DNA of 33,657 nucleotides from the IMG/VR virus record IMGVR_UViG_2939152649_000001. One strand, written 5' to 3'. Below, piece after piece: positions 7,468 through 17,127 of this stretch; positions within the stretch are counted from its first letter, which is position 1; each line of letters begins with the position of its first letter. The position numbers were made by a program, and so were the translations under genes. Source of the stretch: a virus. Taxonomy: Duplodnaviria > Heunggongvirae > Uroviricota > Caudoviricetes. The notes below the pieces were generated by a model. The model did no database searches. It saw only the letters and a list, made by a program, of their open reading frames with translations, and was not told the origin of the DNA.

Positions 7468-9878
7468 GCCATGCCGATATGAACAACTGCTGCGGCTTTA
7501 ACGAGGCTGCCGCAGCGTTCTCATGGAACAGCCCGAAAAAGGCCATTAACCCTTATCTGGACCCGGCGGAAGTTGCGCCGGTTTCTGCGCTTTCAAACCT
7601 GATCGCTCTGTACGCTGCCGATAACGAGCAGGAACACCTGCGCCGCGAGGCACTGAGTGATCAGGTCTGGGAGCGTTATTTCTTTAATGAATCCCGTGAT
7701 CCTGTCCAGCGCGAAATGGAGCAGGATAAGCTCATTAGTCGGGCAAAGCTGGCGCATGAGCAGCAGCGTTTTAATCCAGATATGGTCATTCTGGCGGACG
7801 TCAATGCCCAGCCTTCCCATATCAGCAAGCCGCTGATGCAACGTATTGAATACTTCAGCAGCTTGGGCAGGCCAAAGGCTTATTCCCGCTATTTGCGTGA
7901 GACGATTAAGCCATGTTTGGAGCGACTGGAGCATGTACGCGACAGCCAGCTATCTGCATCTTTTCGTTTTATGGCAAGCCATGTAGGGCTGGACGGCCTG
8001 CTGATTCTGCCTGAAATGAGTCAGGATCAGGTGAAACGCCTGTCTACTCTTGTCGCTGCGCATATGAGCATGTGTCTTGATGCCGCTTGTGGTGATTTGT
8101 ACGCCACCGATGATGTTAAGCCAGAAGAAATCCGCAAGACATGGGAAAAGGTGGCAGCAGAAACCCTGCGACTGGATGTTATCCCGCCTGCGTTTGAGCA
8201 ACTTCGTCGGAAAAGAAACCGCCGTAAACCCGTGCCCTATGAACTCATTCCGGGTTCGCTGGCGCGTATGTTGTGCGCCGATTGGTGGTACCGGAAATTA
8301 TGGAAGATGCGTTGCGAATGGCGGGAAGAGCAGTTGCGTGCTGTTTGCCTGGTCAGCAAAAAAGCATCTCCCTATGTCAGCTATGAAGCCGTGATGCATA
8401 AACGTGAGCAGCGCCGTAAGTCGCTGGAGTTTTTCCGTTCTCATGAACTGGTGAACGAAGACGGCGACACGCTGGACATGGAGGATGTGGTAAACGCCAG
8501 CAGCAGCAACCCGGCGCATCGCCGCAATGAGATGATGGCCTGTGTTAAAGGTCTGGAGCTTATCGCTGAAATGCGCAGTGACTGTGCCGTTTTCTACACT
8601 ATCACCTGTCCGTCGCGTTTCCATTCCACGCTCAATAACGGCAGACCAAACCCGACCTGGACAAACGCGACGGTAAGACAAAGCAGCGATTATCTGGTCG
8701 GCATGTTTGCTGCATTTCGTAAGGCTATGCACAAAGCCGGGTTGCGCTGGTATGGCGTGCGGGTGGCTGAACCGCATCATGACGGCACAGTTCACTGGCA
8801 CCTGTTGTGTTTCATGCGCAAAAAAGACCGCCGCGCCATTACTGCATTGTTGCGTAAGTTTGCCATCCGTGAAGACCGCGAGGAGCTGGGCAATAACACG
8901 GGGCCACGCTTTAAGTCTGAGCTGATAAACCCGCGCAAAGGTACGCCAACAAGCTACATCGCGAAATACATCAGTAAGAACATTGACGGGCGTGGTCTGG
9001 CTGGCGAGATCAGCAAGGAAACGGGTAAATCCCTGCGTGATAACGCTGAATACGTTAATGCCTGGGCGTCTCTGCATCGTGTTCAGCAATTCCGCTTCTT
9101 TGGCATTCCGGGGCGTCAGGCTTACCGTGAACTGCGATTGCTGGCTGGTCAGGCGGCAAGGCAACAGGGGGACAAAAAAGCAGGTGCGCCGGTACTGGAT
9201 AACCCGCGCCTTGATGCAATCCTGGCTGCTGCTGATGCTGGTTGTTTTGCCACCTACATCATGAAGCAGGGCGGCGTACTGGTTCCCCGCAAATATCACC
9301 TCATCAGAACTGCTTATGAAATCAACGAAGAGCCGACCGCCTATGGCGATCACGGTATTCGTATTTATGGCATCTGGTCACCCATTGCAGAGGGCAAGAT
9401 CTGCACTCATGCGGTGAAGTGGAAAATGGTTCGTAAGGCCGTTGACGTTCAGGAGGCGGCAGCCGACCAGGGCGCTTGCGCCCCTTGGACTCGTGGCAAT
9501 AACTGTCCCCTTGCTGAAAATTTGAACCAACAGGAGAAAGATAAATCAGCTGATGGGGACCCCAGAACGGACATTACCAGCATGGATGACAAGGAGTTGC
9601 ACGAATACCTGCACAGTATGAGCAAAAAAGAGCGCCGGGAACTGGCAGCAAGGTTACGCCTGGTGAAACCGAAACGGCGTAAAGACTACAAACAGCGAAT
9701 TACAGACCATCAGCGACTGCAGCTCGTGTATGAGCTGAAGTCCAGAGGATTTGATGGCAGCGAGAAAGAGGTCGATTTACTCCTTCGCGGAGGCAGTATT
9801 CCGTCAGGAGCAGGCCTGCGTATCTTCTATCGGAACCAGCGTTTGCAGGAAGATGATAAGTGGCGAAACCTGTATTAA
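7464..9878 (+). CDS. A: Replication initiation protein A (rolling-circle HUH endonuclease)
   Basis: 804-aa ORF with HUH motif (TVHWHLLCF) and active-site tyrosine region [12 protein letters not shown]; position after the early regulatory genes as in P2/186. Confidence 0.93.
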   Translation: MSHADMNNCCGFNEAAAAFSWNSPKKAINPYLDPAEVAPVSALSNLIALYAADNEQEHLRREALSDQVWERYFFNESRDPVQREMEQDKLISRAKLAHEQQRFNPDMVILADVNAQPSHISKPLMQRIEYFSSLGRPKAYSRYLRETIKPCLERLEHVRDSQLSASFRFMASHVGLDGLLILPEMSQDQVKRLSTLVAAHMSMCLDAACGDLYATDDVKPEEIRKTWEKVAAETLRLDVIPPAFEQLRRKRNRRKPVPYELIPGSLARMLCADWWYRKLWKMRCEWREEQLRAVCLVSKKASPYVSYEAVMHKREQRRKSLEFFRSHELVNEDGDTLDMEDVVNASSSNPAHRRNEMMACVKGLELIAEMRSDCAVFYTITCPSRFHSTLNNGRPNPTWTNATVRQSSDYLVGMFAAFRKAMHKAGLRWYGVRVAEPHHDGTVHWHLLCFMRKKDRRAITALLRKFAIREDREELGNNTGPRFKSELINPRKGTPTSYIAKYISKNIDGRGLAGEISKETGKSLRDNAEYVNAWASLHRVQQFRFFGIPGRQAYRELRLLAGQAARQQGDKKAGAPVLDNPRLDAILAAADAGCFATYIMKQGGVLVPRKYHLIRTAYEINEEPTAYGDHGIRIYGIWSPIAEGKICTHAVKWKMVRKAVDVQEAAADQGACAPWTRGNNCPLAENLNQQEKDKSADGDPRTDITSMDDKELHEYLHSMSKKERRELAARLRLVKPKRRKDYKQRITDHQRLQLVYELKSRGFDGSEKEVDLLLRGGSIPSGAGLRIFYRNQRLQEDDKWRNLY

Positions 9879-9970
9879 TTACGCGGGTTAACAATTCGTG
9901 CTCTTAATAATACCAGGCATATCAGGCTGATGAACGTAAAAAATCGTTTTACATCAGTAAGATTATTATA

Positions 9971-9990
9971 TACTGTAAATATAAACAGTG
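9971..9990. promoter_or_regulatory. LexA operator (SOS box) over the promoter of the tum/dinI module
   Basis: TACTGTAAATATAAACAGTG fits CTGT-N8-ACAG with an AT-rich centre; TTACAT at 9949..9954 is a possible -35 element about 40 bp upstream of the first ORF. Confidence 0.75.
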
Positions 9991-10031
9991 GTTATGCATA
10001 CAGCATTGCGTGTGGTGTCATAGGAGGAAAG

Positions 10032-10220
10032 ATGCAGGACTATTTTTTGGAGTCTTTGAAGCTCCAGCGCATTGATTTTTTTCTTAAGCTTGTAGCGGCT
10101 AGTGAGTGTAGTGATGAAGAGAAGGGGCTGGCTCTGCAGTGGGTTTCTGAATTGACTGATGAACTCATGGCAAAAATCAGAACCCACGAATACAACCGCT
10201 CAATGGATGTCATCAGCTGA
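10032..10220 (+). CDS. Small acidic protein at the tum locus (putative Tum-like antirepressor)
   Basis: 62-aa ORF starting MQDYFLESLK with AGGAGG ribosome-binding site, directly downstream of the LexA box and coupled to the DinI-like gene; function inferred from position only. Confidence 0.5.
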   Translation: MQDYFLESLKLQRIDFFLKLVAASECSDEEKGLALQWVSELTDELMAKIRTHEYNRSMDVIS

Positions 10221-10230
10221 GGTGACTTTT

Positions 10231-10464
10231 ATGCGCATTGAAATAATGATCGATAAAGAGCAGAAGATTAGCCAGTCTACCCTGGACGCCCTTGAATCCG
10301 AGCTTTACCGCAATCTGCGCCCCCTGTATCCCAAAACGGTAATTCGCATTCGCAAAGGTAGCTCTAACGGTGTGGAACTAACCGGACTGCAACTGGACGA
10401 AGAAAGAAAACAAGTGATGAAAATTATGCAGAAGGTGTGGGAAGACGACAGCTGGCTGCATTAA
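10231..10464 (+). CDS. DinI-family protein
   Basis: 77-aa ORF MRIEIMIDKEQKISQSTLDALESELYRNLRPLYPKTVIRIRKGSSNGVELTGL...KIMQKVWEDDSW aligns along its length with E. coli DinI as recalled; GAGGTG ribosome-binding site overlaps the upstream stop. Confidence 0.75.
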   Translation: MRIEIMIDKEQKISQSTLDALESELYRNLRPLYPKTVIRIRKGSSNGVELTGLQLDEERKQVMKIMQKVWEDDSWLH

Positions 10465-10598
10465 GAAACGTTGCTGGCGTCTGAACTTGCTTCTGGCGTC
10501 AGCAAGGTTGAACAACGAGCCCTTGCGAGGCGTTAGCTCTGTAGTGCATGTCTATGCCGCATGAGATCGCATGATCGTTTGAGGATCGTTTTTGCTAA

Positions 10599-10624
10599 GG
10601 CCCGCCAGAACTGGCGGGCTTTTG
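10599..10624 (+). terminator. Rho-independent terminator after the tum/dinI operon
   Basis: GGCCCGCCAG-AA-CTGGCGGGCT hairpin (perfect 9-10 bp stem, 2-nt loop) followed by TTT. Confidence 0.6.
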
Positions 10625-10668
10625 CGTAGATCATGCAGGTGCATGAAAACCACTACATAAAGCGGGCA

Positions 10669-10687
10669 GGCGTGGCGGGGATACGAG
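10669..10687. other. Candidate cos (cohesive end) site
   Basis: GGCGTGGCGGGGATACGAG shares its first 13 nt with the P2/186 cos 19-mers as recalled (GGCG-A/T-GGCGGGGAAAGCA-); lies between replication/tum genes and portal gene Q as in P2-family genomes. Confidence 0.45.
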
Positions 10688-10757
10688 CGCGCGCAACGGG
10701 GTAAAATGGCCAAAATCCGGCACAGCCTCTGGCCCGCTGGCGGCCTCATTTAGTGGA

Positions 10758-10767
10758 GGGGGGGGGG
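10758..10767. repeat. G10 homopolymeric tract
   Basis: Ten consecutive G between the candidate cos site and the 3' end of Q. Confidence 0.9.
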
Positions 10768-10849
10768 AGATTCAGGGCAAAAAGAAACGCCCCGCAGAAT
10801 GCTGCTGAGGCGTTGTGAGAGTTGGTCGGGTTTTGATGTTATGAGTATG

Positions 10850-11893
10850 TCAGCCTCGTTTGCCCTTAAGCCCTAAGTCATAAGCTTCAAAACGGATCAC
10901 CTCTTCATTCAGCCAGTCATTCAGCTCCTGCAGTCGCTTTTGCAGTGGCATCAGTTCATTGCGGACGAAGACACGGCTCGCTTTTTCCACATCACCAAAG
11001 CCGCCAGTGTTGTTGGGAATGATGCCCATCATTTGCGGCGGTACGCGGTGAGCCGCCATCATGTCATCGCGGCTGACGTTCTTGATGTTCAGAAATTCAT
11101 CCTTCGCCGCGACTTCCGACAACGGGATAATCTGAATGCCATCTTTTTTGCCGTTAGGCGAGTACATAAACAGGTTGCGGAAGTTGCCCGGCCCTTTAGC
11201 ACTTTTCATTGCCTTGCGGATGTTGTTCACATCCTCCTGGTTCTGCGCGGCGTCGGTCATGTACATGATGAAGCCTGCGTGGCTGCCGTTAATGTAATAC
11301 TTGCGGCGGAACAGCGTGGCGGATTCGTTGAGCAGAGCTGACGGAATGGCAGAAAGGTAACCCGGCAGACCATAAATCTCCTGGTTGATATCCGGCTCCA
11401 TCAGGTGGAAGACGTTACCTTTTGTGAACTGATACGGCTGTGTCGTCAGGCTGTATTGCACAAACCAGTATGTTTCAAGGTCAAGCCCGCGCCGGGTGTA
11501 TTTTGCCAGTGCAGGCTCCAGCGAAATAACTTCACCAAAGCGATTCGTGCGCTTCTCCAGATAGGCGTTACCAAAAACCAGATAGTCCTGCACAAAACGG
11601 GTAAATGCCTGCTGGCTGAGAAGGCGATGTGGAATATAGGTACTGCTGATGATGTCACGTTTAACACTGATCGGGGAGCTGTGGTGCACGGCGGCGCGGA
11701 AGGTTCGTGCCAGTCCGTCAAAACTGACGGGCGGCTCATACCAGCGATCCATCTGTACGCATTCCACATAGTCCAGCAGTTCGCGGCGGTCCAGTACAGG
11801 AATGGGATCACCAAAGCTGAAAGCCTCAGCAACGGGTTTTTTAGTTTCTTCTGCAGTTACGGTTTCGCCTGGCGCGATATGTTCTTTCATCAA
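10850..11893 (-). CDS. Q: Portal protein
   Basis: 347-aa ORF next to cos, transcribed toward it, same size and position as P2 gpQ; overlaps the terminase gene by 4 nt. Confidence 0.93.
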   Translation of the reverse strand: MMKEHIAPGETVTAEETKKPVAEAFSFGDPIPVLDRRELLDYVECVQMDRWYEPPVSFDGLARTFRAAVHHSSPISVKRDIISSTYIPHRLLSQQAFTRFVQDYLVFGNAYLEKRTNRFGEVISLEPALAKYTRRGLDLETYWFVQYSLTTQPYQFTKGNVFHLMEPDINQEIYGLPGYLSAIPSALLNESATLFRRKYYINGSHAGFIMYMTDAAQNQEDVNNIRKAMKSAKGPGNFRNLFMYSPNGKKDGIQIIPLSEVAAKDEFLNIKNVSRDDMMAAHRVPPQMMGIIPNNTGGFGDVEKASRVFVRNELMPLQKRLQELNDWLNEEVIRFEAYDLGLKGKRG

Positions 11894-13656
11894 AAAATCT
11901 CCACAATATTGCTGGTATTGGCGGACTCGCCCTGCAGCGGTTCGTTAAACAGTGCGTGCATGGTTGCCCATGCCAGATCGGCATGGCTGGCTTCTTCGCT
12001 GCGGCTGGCTTCGTAGGTCGGGCGGTTGCCACTGGCGGTGGTGGCGCGACGGATTGCCATGAATGACTGCGCAATGTCGGTATGTCCGGCGTCAAACTCC
12101 AGACGGCGGTGGCTGATAATGTCGTAGGCCTTGAGTACCAGGGCGTTTTTAACGTTGGGGTTGTAGACAAACTCCCGGACGGCAGGAAAGAACGCTTTCA
12201 CGTTCTCGTAAACCCCGTGACCGACGCCGGTTGAGTCGATACCGATATAGGTCACGTTGTACTGTTCAGTCAGTTTTTTGATGGCGTCCGCCTGGGCGCG
12301 GAAGTCCATCCCGCGCCACTGGTGACGCTCAAGAATGCGAAACTTACCGCCCGGCACGGCTGGCGGAGCCACCACCACGCATCCGGCGCTGTCGCCGTTC
12401 TGCGTACCTTTTGCCGGGTCATAACCGATCCACACTTCGCGCCAGCCAAACGGGCGCAGGGCCAGTGCATGAAAGTCGGTCCAGACTTCCCAGCTGTCCA
12501 CCATGCACGCCTGCAATTCGCTGAGCGGGAACACAGATGCGAGATCGTCAACGAACTCGCACATCAGCAGGTTCTGGTATTCGTCCGGGCTGTACTCCAT
12601 GCGCAACTGGTCGAGGTCGAACAGGTTACAGCCGCCGCGCACCGCATCTTCCACGGTGACTATCTGGCGGTATTGCCCGTCTGCGCACAGCAGGCCGGGG
12701 GCCAGATTGCTGTGGGACAGGTCGATGTCCACCTTGTCGGCTTTGTTGCGCCCACGGTTGAACAGCGCACCGGACCAGAACGGATAAGCACTGTGTGTCA
12801 GGCTGGATGGCGTGGAAAAATAGGTCTGTCGCCATTTCTTGTGAATAGCCATACCGGAAGCCACTTTGCGCAGCTCCTGGAATTTCGGTATCCAGAAATA
12901 TTCATCCAGATACAGGTTGCCGTGGTAACTCTGGGCCGTGCGGGCATTGGTGCCGAGGAAATACAGTGTGGCCCCGTTGGGAAGCACCATCGGATCGCCT
13001 TTCAGCTCCACCTCCACTTCTTTGGCGAAGTCGATGATGTACTGCTTAAAGACGTGAGCCTGTGCCTTACTGGCAGAAAGGAAAATCTGGTTACGTCCGG
13101 TAAGCAGGGCGTCAATCAGGGCTTCACGGGCAAAGTAAAAGGTCGCACCGATCTGGCGTGACTTCAGCAGGTTGCGGATGCGGTTGGTTTTTCCGGCTTC
13201 CCACCAGTGGCGCTGATAGTTGAACATGGAGGAATGGAAGATTTCTTCCAGCTTCTCAATCTGTTCATCGGTGAAAACGTTCTTTTCCGGCTGACGACGC
13301 GGGCCTTTGTTTCGGTTGGCGACGTTAGGGTTTAAGTCGGCTTCGTTGCCGCCATTGTTAAACTTGCCGATCCGCGCATGGCGCTCCGACTGGCGCGCCA
13401 GCAGGTCAATCTCTTTGAAATCTTTCCCTTCTTTGTGCTCCTTCATAATGAGCTGGCAGTAGCGTGCGGCGGTGGTGAGCTGCATCTGATCCAGCGGCCC
13501 ATAGTCACCCCACTTGTCGCGTTTTTTCCAGCTGTGAACGGTTGCAACTTTCTCGCCCAGCATTTCAGCAATGCGGGCTACGCGGTATCCCTGAAAGTAC
13601 AGCAGCATGGCCTGCCGACGGGGATCGAGATCTGCGGGTGTCAGTGTGGTGTTCAT
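11890..13656 (-). CDS. P: Terminase large (ATPase) subunit
   Basis: 588-aa ORF upstream of Q on the same strand; N-terminal region with ...SRQIGATFYF... (Walker A-like) and acidic ...LYLDEYFWIP... segment; P2 gpP position and size. Confidence 0.93.
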   Translation of the reverse strand: MNTTLTPADLDPRRQAMLLYFQGYRVARIAEMLGEKVATVHSWKKRDKWGDYGPLDQMQLTTAARYCQLIMKEHKEGKDFKEIDLLARQSERHARIGKFNNGGNEADLNPNVANRNKGPRRQPEKNVFTDEQIEKLEEIFHSSMFNYQRHWWEAGKTNRIRNLLKSRQIGATFYFAREALIDALLTGRNQIFLSASKAQAHVFKQYIIDFAKEVEVELKGDPMVLPNGATLYFLGTNARTAQSYHGNLYLDEYFWIPKFQELRKVASGMAIHKKWRQTYFSTPSSLTHSAYPFWSGALFNRGRNKADKVDIDLSHSNLAPGLLCADGQYRQIVTVEDAVRGGCNLFDLDQLRMEYSPDEYQNLLMCEFVDDLASVFPLSELQACMVDSWEVWTDFHALALRPFGWREVWIGYDPAKGTQNGDSAGCVVVAPPAVPGGKFRILERHQWRGMDFRAQADAIKKLTEQYNVTYIGIDSTGVGHGVYENVKAFFPAVREFVYNPNVKNALVLKAYDIISHRRLEFDAGHTDIAQSFMAIRRATTASGNRPTYEASRSEEASHADLAWATMHALFNEPLQGESANTSNIVEIF

Positions 13657-13702
13657 GGCACAAACCTACAGCCTTGAATGAAGGCTTTCCCCGCCTGCGG
13701 TT

Positions 13703-13720
13703 TGTGTGGCTGTCGGTACA
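13703..13720. promoter_or_regulatory. Candidate late-promoter activator site (TGT-N12-ACA) in the P/O divergent region
   Basis: TGTGTGGCTGTCGGTACA about 80-95 bp upstream of the O start codon; P2-family late promoters carry a TGT-N12-ACA element for Ogr-type activators. Confidence 0.5.
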
Positions 13721-13798
13721 AATACCGCGCATTGTTTCACTGCCCCCATCACCGCAACCATAAGGCTCCAGTAAGTTTTTTCTAACGGAGCACGGCTC

Positions 13799-14632
13799 AT
13801 GACAGTGAAAGCAAAGCGTTTTCGCATCGGGGTGGAAGGTGCCACCACCGACGGACGCGAAATCCAGCGTGAATGGCTGGAACAGATGGCAGCCAGCTAC
13901 AACCCGGCGGTGTATACCGCGCTGATTAACCTTGAGCACATCAAGTCTTATCTGCCGGACAGCACCTTTAACCGCTACGGCAAGGTGACGGCGCTGTTTG
14001 CTGAAGAAATCACGGAAGGTCCGCTGGCAGGCAAGATGGCGCTGTATGCCGACGTTGAGCCAACGGAGTCCCTGGTGGAACTGGTGAAAAAAGGCCAGAA
14101 ATTATTCACCTCTATGGAAGTCAGCCCGAAGTTCGCTGATACGGGCAAAGCCTATCTGGTCGGCCTGGCTGCAACTGATGACCCTGCCAGTCTGGGTACG
14201 GAAATGCTGACATTCAGCGCCAGTGCAGCCCATAACCCGTTGGCAAACCGCAAGCAGAATCCTGCCAATCTCTTTACCGCTGCAGAGGAAACGGTGATCG
14301 AACTGGAAGAAATCCAGGACGACAAACCGTCCCTGTTTGCCCGCGTCACGGCGCTGTTTACCAAAAAAGAGCAGTCCGATGACGCCCGGTTCTCTGATGT
14401 GCATAAGGCCGTGGAGCTGGTCGCCACTGAGCAGCAGAACCTGAGCGCACGCACCGAAAAATCCCTGTCTGAGCAGGAAGAACGCCTGTCTGAGCTGGAG
14501 ACTGCCCTGCACGCACAGCAAACCGCCTTTAACGAACTGGTGGACAAGCTGAGTCATGAAGACAGTCGCCAGGACTACCGCCAGCGTGCAACAGGCGGTA
14601 ACGCCCCCGCTGACACTCTGACCAATTGCTGA
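13799..14632 (+). CDS. O: Capsid scaffolding protein
   Basis: 277-aa ORF, first gene of the rightward head operon divergent from P; acidic coiled-coil-rich C-terminus; P2 gpO position. Confidence 0.85.
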   Translation: MTVKAKRFRIGVEGATTDGREIQREWLEQMAASYNPAVYTALINLEHIKSYLPDSTFNRYGKVTALFAEEITEGPLAGKMALYADVEPTESLVELVKKGQKLFTSMEVSPKFADTGKAYLVGLAATDDPASLGTEMLTFSASAAHNPLANRKQNPANLFTAAEETVIELEEIQDDKPSLFARVTALFTKKEQSDDARFSDVHKAVELVATEQQNLSARTEKSLSEQEERLSELETALHAQQTAFNELVDKLSHEDSRQDYRQRATGGNAPADTLTNC

Positions 14633-14648
14633 TGGAGCACAAAACCCG

Positions 14649-15707
14649 ATGAAGAAGAATACCCGCTTTGCTTTTAACGCTTACCTGCAGCAGCTGGCGC
14701 GTCTGAACGGTGTGGCAGTTGAAGAACTGTCCAGCAAGTTCACCGTGGAGCCGTCTGTGCAGCAGACGCTGGAAGACCAGATCCAGCAGTCCGCCGCTTT
14801 CCTGACGCTGATTAACGTCACGCCAGTGACTGAGCAGTCCGGTCAGCTGCTGGGGCTGGGAGTTGGCAGCACCATTGCCGGAACCACTGACACCACCGCG
14901 AAAGAGCGTGAACCTGTCGATCCGACGCTGATGGTCGATGTGGAATACAAATGCGAGCAGACCAACTTTGACACGGTGCTGACCTACGCGAAGCTGGACC
15001 TGTGGGCGAAGTTTCAGGATTTCCAGGTGCGCATCCGTGACGCCATCGTGAAACGTCAGGCTCTGGACCGCATCATGATCGGCTTTAACGGCGTGAAGCG
15101 TGCGAAAACCTCCAACCGTAGCGAAAACCCACTGCTGCAGGATGTGAACAAAGGCTGGCTGCAGAAAATCCGTGAAGATGCACCGGATCACGTCATGGGC
15201 AGCACCACCACGGGCGGTGAAACCACACCGGGTGCGGTGAAAGTCGGGAAAGGTGGCGAATATGCCAACCTGGACGCCGTGGTGATGGATGCCGTCAATG
15301 AGCTTATCGATGTGGTCTACCAGGACGATGACGATCTGGTGGTGATTTGCGGTCGTGAACTGCTGTCTGACAAGTATTTCCCGCTGGTCAACAAAGAGCA
15401 GGAAAACAGTGAAAAACTGGCTGCCGATATGATCATCAGTCAGAAACGCATGGGTGGCCTGCAGGCCGTGCGTGCGCCGTTCTTCCCGCCGAATGCACTG
15501 CTGATCACCCGTCTGGATAACCTGTCCATCTACTGGCAGGAAGACACCCGCCGCCGCTCAGTTATCGACAACCCGAAACGTGACCGGATTGAAAACTTTG
15601 AATCCGTTAACGAAGCCTATGTGGTTGAGGACTACCGCTGCGCCGCACTGGTGGAAAACATCCAGATTGGCGACTTCAGCGCCGCAGCAGCAGAAACCGG
15701 AGCGTAA
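14649..15707 (+). CDS. N: Major capsid protein
   Basis: 352-aa ORF with close similarity along its length to P2 gpN as recalled (...TRFAFNAYLQQLARLNG..., ...VKRAKTSNRSENPLLQDV..., ...ISQKRMGGLQAVR...). Confidence 0.93.
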   Translation: MKKNTRFAFNAYLQQLARLNGVAVEELSSKFTVEPSVQQTLEDQIQQSAAFLTLINVTPVTEQSGQLLGLGVGSTIAGTTDTTAKEREPVDPTLMVDVEYKCEQTNFDTVLTYAKLDLWAKFQDFQVRIRDAIVKRQALDRIMIGFNGVKRAKTSNRSENPLLQDVNKGWLQKIREDAPDHVMGSTTTGGETTPGAVKVGKGGEYANLDAVVMDAVNELIDVVYQDDDDLVVICGRELLSDKYFPLVNKEQENSEKLAADMIISQKRMGGLQAVRAPFFPPNALLITRLDNLSIYWQEDTRRRSVIDNPKRDRIENFESVNEAYVVEDYRCAALVENIQIGDFSAAAAETGA

Positions 15708-15710
15708 TTC

Positions 15711-16361
15711 ATGAGCCTGAGTCCCGCACGGCAGCATCGCCTGCGCGTTCAGGCTGAACAGGCCGCCCGCGAGGGCGGCAGCGTTCGCCACGCGTCGGGC
15801 TATGACCTGATGCTGCTGCAACTGGCGGAAGACCGCCGCCGTCTCAAGGGCGTTCAGTCCACGGTCAAAAAAGCGGAAATAAAGGTGGAGCTGCTGCCGA
15901 AGTACGCCGCCTGGGCAGAGGGCGTCCTGGCTGCCGGAGGCACTCAACAGGATGACGTGCTGATGTACGTGATGCTGTGGCGCATTGATGCCGGAGATTA
16001 TGCCGGGGCGCTGGAGATCGGGCGTCATGCCCTGCGTCATGGCTGGGTGATGCCGCTGGGTAACCGCAACGTGCAGACCGTGCTGGCAGAGGAAATGGCA
16101 GATGCGGCGCAGAGCGCAATGCTTGCCGCCACCGGCTTTGATGCCGATCTGTTGCTGCAGACGCTGGAGCTGACAGACGGTCTGGATATGCCGGACCAGT
16201 CACGGGCGCGTCTGCATAAAGCGATTGGCGCTGTCCTGAGTGAAAGCAACCCGGCTTCCGCCCTTAATCATCTCAACCATGCGTTACAGCTCGATCCCCG
16301 CTGTGGCGTGAAAAAAGACAAACAGCAGCTGGAGCGCAGACTGCGCAATGACAGCCGCTGA
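15711..16361 (+). CDS. M: Terminase small (endonuclease) subunit
   Basis: 216-aa ORF following N, in the position of P2 gpM. Confidence 0.85.
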   Translation: MSLSPARQHRLRVQAEQAAREGGSVRHASGYDLMLLQLAEDRRRLKGVQSTVKKAEIKVELLPKYAAWAEGVLAAGGTQQDDVLMYVMLWRIDAGDYAGALEIGRHALRHGWVMPLGNRNVQTVLAEEMADAAQSAMLAATGFDADLLLQTLELTDGLDMPDQSRARLHKAIGAVLSESNPASALNHLNHALQLDPRCGVKKDKQQLERRLRNDSR

Positions 16362-16456
16362 CAGAACGTGCCCCCGCGCACGGGCGGCACGGGGTGGCGA
16401 AAGGCACTGCCACATCAAAGCCCCGTCCACCGCCCTCTATTTCAGGAGAAAGCAGC

Positions 16457-16921
16457 ATGAAGTTTGTTGCGCCAGAACAGGCACCGGAACAGGCGGAAAT
16501 CATCAGGAATACGCCGTTCTGGCCTAATGTGGACCTGTCGGAGTTTCGCAGCGTGATGCGCACTGACGGCACGGTGACGCAGCCGCGTTTAAAACAGGTT
16601 GCCCTGTCGGCAATTTCGGAGGTCAACGCAGAGCTGTATGAGTTTCGCAGACGCCAGCAGATGCTGGGATATGCCTCGCTGGCAGAGGTTCCGGCAGAAC
16701 AGCTGGATGGGAAAAGTGAGCGTATTCAGCACTATTTCAACGCGGTTTACTGCTGGGCACGCGCCATGCTCAACGAACGTTACCAGGACTATGACGCCAC
16801 GGCATCCGGTGTTAAGCGGGGCGAGGAACTGGCGGAAGCCAGCGGTGATTTATGGCGTGACGCCCGCTGGGCCATCAGCCGGGTACAGGACGCGCCGCAC
16901 TGCACAGTGGAGCTTATCTGA
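16457..16921 (+). CDS. L: Head completion/stabilisation protein
   Basis: 154-aa ORF from the Met of MKFVAPEQAPEQ...; P2 gpL position. Confidence 0.85.
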   Translation: MKFVAPEQAPEQAEIIRNTPFWPNVDLSEFRSVMRTDGTVTQPRLKQVALSAISEVNAELYEFRRRQQMLGYASLAEVPAEQLDGKSERIQHYFNAVYCWARAMLNERYQDYDATASGVKRGEELAEASGDLWRDARWAISRVQDAPHCTVELI

Positions 16922-17124
16922 TGAAAGTGCGTGCGCATCAGTATGACACGGTGGACGCGCTTTGCTGGCGTCATTACGGGCGCACGCAGGGTGTCACGGA
17001 GCAGGTACTGAAGGCAAATCCGGGGCTTGCCGAATACGGCCCCTTTTTACCTCACGGGCTGCAGGTGGAGCTGCCGGACATTCCGACCACCACCACCGTG
17101 CAGACCGTCCAGCTATGGGACTGA
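16921..17124 (+). CDS. X: Tail protein X
   Basis: 67-aa ORF overlapping the L stop, same size and position as P2 gpX. Confidence 0.8.
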   Translation: MKVRAHQYDTVDALCWRHYGRTQGVTEQVLKANPGLAEYGPFLPHGLQVELPDIPTTTTVQTVQLWD

Positions 17125-17127
17125 ATT

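Noticed and set aside
8298-9353. 351-aa minus-strand ORF inside replication gene A
   Set aside because: Fully antisense to a well-supported 804-aa gene in GC-rich DNA, with no recognisable motifs; open frames of this kind arise by chance opposite GC-rich coding sequence.
9930-10031. Upstream Met at 9930 as the start of the tum-locus ORF (96-aa version)
   Set aside because: That start would place the LexA box and promoter-like elements inside the coding sequence; the internal Met at 10032 has a strong AGGAGG ribosome-binding site.
10552-10749. 65-aa minus-strand ORF across the cos region
   Set aside because: Crosses the terminator and candidate cos site in non-coding DNA; Arg/Pro-rich chance frame.
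9879-10849. Anti-phage defence cargo at the P2 tin/old-equivalent hotspot between gene A and cos
   Set aside because: Looked for nuclease, ATPase, reverse-transcriptase or toxin-like ORFs; the locus holds only the tum-like and DinI-like genes plus terminator and cos, so no defence system is claimed here.
12322-13161. 279-aa plus-strand ORF inside terminase gene P
   Set aside because: Antisense to a strongly supported terminase gene; no start context or motifs.
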